Position numbers and translations under genes: made by a program | Part shown: positions 35,651 through 42,488 of the stretch, one piece after another | Layout of the letters: the number at the start of each line of letters is the position of its first letter | Position numbering within the stretch: the first letter of the stretch is position 1 | The notes under the pieces: model-generated | The model's database searches: none | The model's input: only the letters and a program-made list of their open reading frames with translations | What the model was told of the DNA's origin: nothing | Sequence record: DRR723986_4953 | DNA length: 42,488 bases | Reading direction: 5' to 3' (one strand)

Positions 35651-36517
35651 ATGTCAGATGTTTCGCAGAATGGGGGCTGGCGCGGTCGGTTTTCGGCTTT
35701 TGCGCTCGCTTTCGCGATTTTCGGAGTCTTGTGGTTCTTCATCGCCGCGGGCGGCACAAAGCTCGGCCTCTGGGACTGGCGGATTGGCTTTGGGACGCTG
35801 ACTATGGGCTGGGGCCCGAAAATCGTCATGGCGGCGCTCGCGGTCTCCATGATCGCCATCATCGTTTCGCTGATCATGGCGCCGCGCAAACGGCCCTTCA
35901 TCCTGGCCCTGGCAGCCCTGCTTGTGTCCGGTCTTTCCATGGGACGCCTGTTTGCTGCTGGCGAGAACGCCAAGCGCTTGCCGCCGCTGCACGACATCCA
36001 GACCGACTGGACAAACCCGATCATGCCGACCCCGGCGCTGCTGTCGGCCCGCGCTTCGACCGGCGCCTATAACGAAATCGAGGAAGCCCCCGTCATTGCC
36101 GAAGGTGCCAAAGGCAACTGGCCGGGCATGGAAGGGCGCCTTGTTTCTGAAGTGCAGGAACAGGCTGAGTTCGACCCGGAGCGCCAGAAGAAGGAAGTCT
36201 CTGCGCCTTATCCGCACCTTGAAACCGTGATCCTGCCATCTGTGCCCTTCGACATGGCCTACCAGGCTGCTCTGGAGACGGTGAACGCGAATGGCTGGAC
36301 CATCGTTACGGCAGAGCCTGAAGAAGGCCGGATCGAAGCAACGGACACGACCTTCTGGTTCGAGTTCAAGGATGATGTGATGATCCGCGTAATGCCGGAA
36401 GGCGAGGGCGGCTCGCGTGTGGATGTCCGCTCGGTCAGCCGCGTTGGCCTGTCGGATCTGGGCGCGAACGCCAAGCGCGTGAAGCTGTTCCTCGAAGATT
36501 TCGAAGCGCGGCTCTAG
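35651..36517 (+). CDS. DUF1499 domain membrane protein
   Basis: Three N-terminal TMs; PPLHDIQTD, GRIEATDTTFWFEFKDDV.IR, VDVRSVSRVGLSDLGANAKR. Confidence 0.92.
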   Translation: MSDVSQNGGWRGRFSAFALAFAIFGVLWFFIAAGGTKLGLWDWRIGFGTLTMGWGPKIVMAALAVSMIAIIVSLIMAPRKRPFILALAALLVSGLSMGRLFAAGENAKRLPPLHDIQTDWTNPIMPTPALLSARASTGAYNEIEEAPVIAEGAKGNWPGMEGRLVSEVQEQAEFDPERQKKEVSAPYPHLETVILPSVPFDMAYQAALETVNANGWTIVTAEPEEGRIEATDTTFWFEFKDDVMIRVMPEGEGGSRVDVRSVSRVGLSDLGANAKRVKLFLEDFEARL

Positions 36518-36527
36518 CGGCAGGCGC

Positions 36528-37385
36528 TCAGCGCCCTTCATTCAGGAAGGCGATGATCGCCTCAGGCAAGGCCGGGTCGCCCACGGCGGAAACGTGGGTG
36601 CCGGTGAGCTGCTTGTATCGCGCGCCGGGAATGATCTCCGCAAGCGCCTCGCCGGACCTATTGTCCGTATCCTGATCGCCGGTAATGACGAGGACCGGCA
36701 GGTCGAACGTCTCCAGCAGGTCGCGCCCGGTATAGAGCCGGGCAGAGAGCGCGCCGAGATAGCCTTCCAGCGTGCCGCCCGTGGCTTTCGCCCGCGCGAG
36801 GATGGCTTTTGCGCCGGGTGTGTCCTCTCCCCGTATCGCGGCTTCGATGGCCGCCCGGAACCCGTCATTGCGGCTCGAATTGGTTTCGTCTGCCACGGAG
36901 TCTCCGACCCCGCCCAGGACAATCCGGCCGCTGGACCGGGACAGGAGTTCGTACCGCAGCGCGCTGATCGCACCCATGGAATAGCCGACCACGGCATAGG
37001 GCTCAGCCTTGAGGTGTTTCATCAGGGCAATCTGGTCGCGGGCAACCGCGTCTCGCGGCCAGCTGGCAGAATCGTCCGGCACCGGCGAGGCGCCATGGCC
37101 GCGCATATCCGGCGCGATGACGCGATAGCCTGCGTCTGCAATTTTCTTCGCAATGCCGGGCTGAACCCAGTTCGTGTCCGCATTCGCCGTGAAGCCGTGC
37201 AGCAGCAGGACCACAGGCCCATCGCCAAGTTCAAGATAGGAGATGGGGGTGGCGTCAAACGACTGGAAGGTGCGGGTCTCTGGGGCGGTCATGGCGATCT
37301 CCTCTGGCGGGGAGGCACACGCGGCGGGCGCACCCACCAGCGCAAGGCTGAGCATGACAGCGCTCATGGCTGTTTTCCGGCGCAT
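36528..37385 (-). CDS. Exported alpha/beta hydrolase
   Basis: Signal peptide; LLHGF, APDMRGHGAS, GYSMG, GDQD, GTH; GGAGG SD. Confidence 0.92.
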   Translation of the reverse strand: MRRKTAMSAVMLSLALVGAPAACASPPEEIAMTAPETRTFQSFDATPISYLELGDGPVVLLLHGFTANADTNWVQPGIAKKIADAGYRVIAPDMRGHGASPVPDDSASWPRDAVARDQIALMKHLKAEPYAVVGYSMGAISALRYELLSRSSGRIVLGGVGDSVADETNSSRNDGFRAAIEAAIRGEDTPGAKAILARAKATGGTLEGYLGALSARLYTGRDLLETFDLPVLVITGDQDTDNRSGEALAEIIPGARYKQLTGTHVSAVGDPALPEAIIAFLNEGR

Positions 37386-37441
37386 GGATTGTCCTCCCGA
37401 TGCCGGGAGTGTGCCGGGCCTGTTCTCAACAGGCAAGCCGG

Positions 37442-38353
37442 TTAGCGGTCTTTCGGGTCCAGCGCGTCGCGCAGTCCGTCGCCAATGAAGTTCAGGCAGA
37501 GCAGGGTGACGGCCATCGTCCCAGCCGGGGCGAGCAGCATCCAGGGCTTCTCTTCCATCCGCGCCGCGCCGTCGGAAATCAGCACGCCGAGCGAGGTCAG
37601 CGGTTCGTTCACGCCGAGACCGAGGAAGGAAAGGAAGCTCTCTGCCAGGATCACGACCGGGATGGTCAGGGTCACGTAAACGGCCACAGGGCCGATCACG
37701 TTCGGCAGGATGTGACGCAGAATGATCGCGCGGCGGCTGACACCGGCGGCACGTGCCGCTTCGATGAATTCCTTGCCCTTGATGGCGAGGGTCTGGCCGC
37801 GAACGATCCGTGCCATGGTCAGCCATTCGATTGCGCCGATGGCCGCAAAGATCAGGAAAATGTTCCGCTCGAACACGGTCAGCAGCAGGATGACGAAGAA
37901 GATGAAGGGCAGGGCGTAGAGCACGTCCACGATGCGCATCATGAAATTGTCGACCCGGCCGCCGAGATAGCCGGCGGTCGCGCCCCAGGTGACGCCAATG
38001 ACGAGGCTGACAGCGGTCGCGACAATGCCGACCATGAGCGAGATGCGCAGGCCGATCATCAGGCGGGCCATCAGGTCGCGTCCCTGCAGGTCCGTGCCGA
38101 GGATGTGCATGTTCTCGAAAGTCGGGGCAATCGCCCGTGCGCCTGAAATCGTGCGATAGTCGTGTACCCAGACCATCGGGCCGAAGACCGCGATGATAAC
38201 CAGCACGCCCAGCACCCACATGGAAGCCACAGCGGCCTTGTTGTGGAAGAGGCGCGCGCGGGCGTCGTCCCAGAGGGAGCGACCGCCGGCGATGGCCTGG
38301 TTCACAGGTTCCACGCGGCCGGTGGGATCGAGAAGCGGATCAGCCTGGCTCAT
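37442..38353 (-). CDS. oppC: Oligopeptide ABC transporter permease OppC
   Basis: LGTDLQGRD, ARIVRGQ, EFIEAARAAG, FLSFLGLG, GDGLRDALDPK. Confidence 0.93.
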   Translation of the reverse strand: MSQADPLLDPTGRVEPVNQAIAGGRSLWDDARARLFHNKAAVASMWVLGVLVIIAVFGPMVWVHDYRTISGARAIAPTFENMHILGTDLQGRDLMARLMIGLRISLMVGIVATAVSLVIGVTWGATAGYLGGRVDNFMMRIVDVLYALPFIFFVILLLTVFERNIFLIFAAIGAIEWLTMARIVRGQTLAIKGKEFIEAARAAGVSRRAIILRHILPNVIGPVAVYVTLTIPVVILAESFLSFLGLGVNEPLTSLGVLISDGAARMEEKPWMLLAPAGTMAVTLLCLNFIGDGLRDALDPKDR

Positions 38354-39324
38354 CAGTCGTACTTCACTTTCGGATCGAGCACCGCGTAGAGGATGTCGGC
38401 GACGAGGTTCAGGAGCACGATCAGGCCGGCGTAAACGATGATCGCGCCCATCACGAGCGTATAGTCGCGGTTCAAGGCGCCATTGACGAAGTAGGAGCCG
38501 AGCCCCGGCAGGCCGAACACTTTCTCGATCACGACCGAACCGGTCATGACCCGCGCCATGGCCGGGCCGGCATAGGAGATCAGTGGCAGCAGCGCAGCAG
38601 GCAGCGCGTGGCGGGCAATCACCTGACGCTCTGACAGGCCCTTGGAGCGGGCGGTGCGGATATGGTTGGAGCGCATCGTCTCGATGATCGAGGCCCGCAT
38701 CAGGCGGGAGATGATGGCGATCTGCGGCAAGGCCAGCGTGATGACCGGCAGGGTCATGTTGTGCCAGTTCATGCCGATATTGGGGTAGGTGCCGAGGCCG
38801 CCCACGGCAAATATGCCGGCGCCAAGGGCAAAAATCAGGATCAGGATCGGCCCGGTCACAAAGGTCGGGATGGATATCCCGAACATCGCAAGGCCCATGA
38901 CGCCATAATCTGCCGAGGAGTTTTGCCTGAGCCCCGCAAATACGCCCAGCAAAGTGCCAAGTGTTATGCCGAGGATCATCGCCAGAGAGCCAATCGCGAG
39001 AGAAATCGGCAGGCCGTCAGCGATCAGGTCATTCACGCTCTTGCCGAGCGTTTTGTAGGAGGGGCCGAAATCGCCCTGAAGGACGCCGCCGACATAGTCG
39101 AAATACTGCTCGTGCAATGGCTTGTCGAAGCCGAATTTGGCGGCGATGGCCTTCTCGGTGGCCGCTGGCAGCTTGCGTTCCCCGTCAAATGGCCCACCCG
39201 GCGCCGCACGCATCATCAGGAAGGCCATGGTGATGATGGCCAGCATGGTGGGAATGGCGATCAGCAGGCGGCGGGCAGTGTAGCCCCATGGGATCCGGCT
39301 GAGGGCGCGCTGCAGGGTGGACAA
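38353..39324 (-). CDS. oppB: Oligopeptide ABC transporter permease OppB
   Basis: APGGPFD, GDFGPS, RTARSKGL, IEKVFGLPGLG, RDY, DILYAVLDPKV. Confidence 0.93.
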   Translation of the reverse strand: MSTLQRALSRIPWGYTARRLLIAIPTMLAIITMAFLMMRAAPGGPFDGERKLPAATEKAIAAKFGFDKPLHEQYFDYVGGVLQGDFGPSYKTLGKSVNDLIADGLPISLAIGSLAMILGITLGTLLGVFAGLRQNSSADYGVMGLAMFGISIPTFVTGPILILIFALGAGIFAVGGLGTYPNIGMNWHNMTLPVITLALPQIAIISRLMRASIIETMRSNHIRTARSKGLSERQVIARHALPAALLPLISYAGPAMARVMTGSVVIEKVFGLPGLGSYFVNGALNRDYTLVMGAIIVYAGLIVLLNLVADILYAVLDPKVKYD

Positions 39325-39456
39325 GGGTGAATTTCCGTCGTTGTTGCAGGGCCATAGCGAAAAGGTGCTCCGCCAAAACCTTGGCAGAACGGATATCCTT
39401 CCTTAGCTAGGTATCCGAATCGATCAAGACCGTCTCAACAGACAGGACCCTCCCAA

Positions 39457-39867
39457 ATGGCTGATATCCGCCGCGTAACCGACGCATTTGCCGTTGCTCC
39501 GCAAATTTCCGAGAAAGACGTTGAGGAAATCGCGGCAGCCGGTTTCAAGACCATCATCGCCAACCGGCCGGACGGGGAAGGCGGCATCGAACAGCCGCGC
39601 ATGGGGCCAATCCGGGCAAAGGCCGAAGCGCTTGGGCTGACCTTCGTCGCGCTGCCGTTTTCTGGCGCTCCGACACCTGAAATCGTTGAGCGTATGGGCG
39701 GAATCCTGAATGAAGCCCCCCAGCCTGTCCTGGCTTATTGCCGCACCGGAACGCGCTGTATCACCGCCTGGGCGCTCACCCATGCGGGGCAGGGCACCGG
39801 GCAGGAAATCGTCGACGCTGCTGCAGGTGCGGGCTACGATCTTTCCAGTATCGAATCACTGCTCTAA
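39457..39867 (+). CDS. TIGR01244 family sulfurtransferase (Blh N-terminal-like)
   Basis: PQI, GFKTIIANRPDGE, LAYCRTGTR. Confidence 0.92.
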   Translation: MADIRRVTDAFAVAPQISEKDVEEIAAAGFKTIIANRPDGEGGIEQPRMGPIRAKAEALGLTFVALPFSGAPTPEIVERMGGILNEAPQPVLAYCRTGTRCITAWALTHAGQGTGQEIVDAAAGAGYDLSSIESLL

Positions 39868-40001
39868 GGGCAGTTCCGTATGGCCGGCGATCACAAATGC
39901 GCCGCAATAAGTGTGTTGTCAGTGAGCTGGCGGCGTGCGAGGCAGGAAACCGGCCGCGAACCGTGTTGTGATACATTGTTCGCCAGTCAGGAGAGTACGG
40001 A

Positions 40002-40940
40002 ATGACAGACCGGTTGTGGCTGACCGATTTCAAGTACGATGACGGCGCGATGCTGGTGAAGAAAACCGGCGCCCGCATTCCGCTCTCTTTGTCGCTGATC
40101 AACGACGTTTTCACCTGGCTGGCATTCTACGGCGCGGCACAATCCTGGCGCATCTGGCGCCGGATCGAGGGCCACAAGCGCCCGACCATAGCGTTCTACC
40201 CGGACAAGCCGCGCCCCTGGTATTTTATTTGGCCTGTGATGCACGTTGCCGGTGCCAAGCTGATCGACGATGTCACCAAGGCAGACATTGTCATGCAGTT
40301 CGACGATTGCACCGAAACGAACAACAAGCTGCCGAACGTCAAGGAAGGCGCACGCCTCGTCAATTTTGAATGCCATGATGTGTCGAAGTCAAAGGTCGGC
40401 GTCGCCTTCGAAAAGGCCGCGGGTTATTCGCTGGCGGTTGATCCGACAACCTATACAGGCCGGATGGTGGAAAAATCCGAACTGAACGCCGCCCATGACG
40501 GGCGGGTTCTGGAGGGGCCGCTGGATGAGGCGTTGCCCGGCAAGTGTTATCAGATCCTCGTCGACAATGAGATTGAAGGCGGCCTGGTGGAAGACCTCCG
40601 CTGCTGTCTCGTCAATGGGTCTCCGGTTGTTACTTTCCGCAAGCGCCGGCCGCTTGAGCGGCGCTTCGCAAACGAGAATGCAGAGGTGCTGCTCGACGAT
40701 CCTCGCAATTGTTACACGGCGGATGAAATCACCGTGATCGAACGCTTTGCGAAGGAAATGGGACTGGACTGGGGCGGCATTGATTGTCTACGTGATCGCA
40801 ACAGCGGACGACTCTATATCGTCGATGCGAACAAGACCGACATGGGCCCGCCGGTTGCGCTGAAGCTTGGTTCCAAGCTGAGAGCGACACGCCGTATGGC
40901 GCAGGCCTTTGGGACACGGTTCGCGCCGAAACGGCGATAG
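40002..40940 (+). CDS. Hypothetical protein with ATP-grasp-like C-terminus
   Basis: AGGAG SD; DVSK, VEKSELNAAHDG, YQ..VDN, DLR, GLDWGGID.LRD..G.LYIVDAN. Confidence 0.75.
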   Translation: MTDRLWLTDFKYDDGAMLVKKTGARIPLSLSLINDVFTWLAFYGAAQSWRIWRRIEGHKRPTIAFYPDKPRPWYFIWPVMHVAGAKLIDDVTKADIVMQFDDCTETNNKLPNVKEGARLVNFECHDVSKSKVGVAFEKAAGYSLAVDPTTYTGRMVEKSELNAAHDGRVLEGPLDEALPGKCYQILVDNEIEGGLVEDLRCCLVNGSPVVTFRKRRPLERRFANENAEVLLDDPRNCYTADEITVIERFAKEMGLDWGGIDCLRDRNSGRLYIVDANKTDMGPPVALKLGSKLRATRRMAQAFGTRFAPKRR

Positions 40941-40975
40941 GATATGTCTGCAGGCTGAATATCGAGAGACTGCAC

Positions 40976-41887
40976 ATGGCCATCCCTTACATCAAGGAAA
41001 TCGAATTCGAATACGGCGTCGTCCAGCAGATGACCCCGCTGATCCGCCGTGTGATTGCGAACAATCCCGGCCCGTTCACCTATGTCGGCACGGGTGTCTA
41101 CATTATCGGCCATGGCGAAGTCGCTGTCATCGATCCGGGACCGGAGCAGCCGGAGCATTTTGAAGCGCTGAAAAAGGCGCTGGAAGGTGAGACTGTCACC
41201 CACGTCCTGGTCAGCCATGGCCATTCCGATCATTCGCCGCTGGCCCAGCCGCTGGCCGAATGGGCGGGCTGCAAGACCTATGCGAAGAATTGCGGTGTGC
41301 CGACGGCCAAGGGCGAGCTGGGCAGTGCAGATGATCTCGGCTTCATGCCGGATGTGAAGGTCGGCGACGGCGATGTCATCTCAGGTCCGGGCTGGACGCT
41401 GGACGTCATCGAGACCCCCGGTCACACCTGCAACCATCTCTGCTTCGGCCTGCGCGAAGAGAATGCCTGCCTGTCGGGCGATCATATCATGGGCTGGTCC
41501 ACCACAGTCGTCGCGCCGCCGGATGGCGATATGGGCGACTATATGCGCAGCCTTGAGAAGATCCGTGCGATGAAGTTCGATGCGCTCTACCCGACGCATG
41601 GCGACCCGGTGAAGGGCAAGGATTTCGTCGAGCACTTTATCACTGAATATGCCGAGCACCGCCGCGAGCGCGAACGGGCGATCCTGTACCATCTTTCGGA
41701 AGGGGAGAACCTGATCCCCGAGATGGTGAAAGAGATGTACAAGGACGTCGACAAGCGCCTCCATCCGGCCGCCGCCATGTCGGTGCTGGGCCACATGATC
41801 GAGCTGGTGAAGACCGGCCGCGTGACCACGCCGGACGAAAAGCCGACCGTGCGATCCCACTTCGAGCTGGTGCGTTCTGCGGCCTGA
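40976..41887 (+). CDS. MBL-fold metallo-hydrolase (LACTB2-like)
   Basis: NPGPFT..GT, IDPGP, SHGHSDH, TPGH, GDHIMGWST, PTHG. Confidence 0.93.
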   Translation: MAIPYIKEIEFEYGVVQQMTPLIRRVIANNPGPFTYVGTGVYIIGHGEVAVIDPGPEQPEHFEALKKALEGETVTHVLVSHGHSDHSPLAQPLAEWAGCKTYAKNCGVPTAKGELGSADDLGFMPDVKVGDGDVISGPGWTLDVIETPGHTCNHLCFGLREENACLSGDHIMGWSTTVVAPPDGDMGDYMRSLEKIRAMKFDALYPTHGDPVKGKDFVEHFITEYAEHRRERERAILYHLSEGENLIPEMVKEMYKDVDKRLHPAAAMSVLGHMIELVKTGRVTTPDEKPTVRSHFELVRSAA

Positions 41888-41893
41888 TCCTGC

Positions 41894-42488
41894 TTAACGC
41901 ACGCTGAGGCCGATCCGCCTTCCTGCCGAAAGATAATTTGCGGCGGCCACGATGGAATCCGCGTCGATCATGAAGTGCCTGTAGAGGTCATCGATCGTGC
42001 CGGTCTGCCCGAAATGCTCGACGCCGAGCGGCGCCGTCCGGTGACCCATCACCGAACCGATCCAGGCAAGCGTTGCGGGGTGGCCATCGGTTACCGTGAT
42101 CAGCGTCGCATCGCGCGGAACATCCCCCATCAAACGCTCGATCTGGCTCGTTGCCTCCCGGTGGCCACGGGCGCGGGCCCGGCGGGCCGCGGTCCAGCCG
42201 GAGTTCAACCGGTCGGCTGAGGTGATGGCGAGCACACCGATGTCGCGCCGGTCGTTTCCGATGCGGCCTGCGGCCTCAATGGCTTCCGGGGCAACACAGC
42301 CCTGATAGGCGATGACGACTTCGCAGTTCGGGCCGGGTTCGCGCAGCCAGTAGGCGCCGTCAACGACACCTTGGCGGAAGGCCTGATCGTCCCGCGCCTT
42401 CAGGCCCAGCTGTTCCAGCGGCCGCGTGGTCAGGCGCAGATAGACAGAGCCGCCGGTTTCGTCGCGCAGCCAGGTGCGTTCGTCCGGA
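41894..42488 (-). CDS. Transketolase-like/pyruvate dehydrogenase E1 (AceE-like), C-terminal part (5' truncated by window)
   Basis: PDERTWLRDETGGSVYLRLTTR, GAYW, TSADRL, DGHPATL, LGVEHFGQTGTIDDLY. Confidence 0.88.
   Translation of the reverse strand, partial: PDERTWLRDETGGSVYLRLTTRPLEQLGLKARDDQAFRQGVVDGAYWLREPGPNCEVVIAYQGCVAPEAIEAAGRIGNDRRDIGVLAITSADRLNSGWTAARRARARGHREATSQIERLMGDVPRDATLITVTDGHPATLAWIGSVMGHRTAPLGVEHFGQTGTIDDLYRHFMIDADSIVAAANYLSAGRRIGLSVR

Noticed and set aside
37386-38219. 563-aa hydrolase ORF suggesting a fusion or frameshift with oppC
   Set aside because: The extension is an Arg/Pro-rich off-frame read of oppC; the hydrolase has its own GGAGG and signal peptide at 37385

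Overview
High-GC alphaproteobacterial chromosomal segment; gene content and style suggest Hyphomonadaceae/Caulobacterales (inference). It holds about 47 mostly housekeeping or envelope CDS: SulP (partial), GNAT, OYE, an ArsR-SRPBCC-DUF4287/5655-cupin operon, uvrD, an RND pump, ZntB, a Tat amidase, APH, SodC, TlyA, a PiT-like transporter, a porin, aroC, mdh, pdxH, GDPD, an acyl-CoA ligase, two cytochrome c paralogs, hipBA, oppBC, a TIGR01244 protein, an ATP-grasp-like protein, an MBL hydrolase and a partial aceE-like gene. I found no rRNA, tRNA, IS, integrase or true CRISPR array. The best leads are non-coding: (1) a ~160-nt multi-stem leader with its own promoter and an anti-SD helix ahead of a glyoxalase-superfamily/DUF1330 operon, whose DUF1330 gene carries an in-frame TAA; (2) a three-way-junction RNA candidate with two CCUCCC loops between uvrD and the RND gene; (3) a multi-hairpin RNA candidate after the OYE gene; (4) three palindromes at exact 50-bp spacing upstream of hipBA; (5) three Pho-box-like sites, one with no downstream ORF. 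A 41-aa membrane ORF missing from the ORF track is also reported. All family names come from motif recognition, not database searches.
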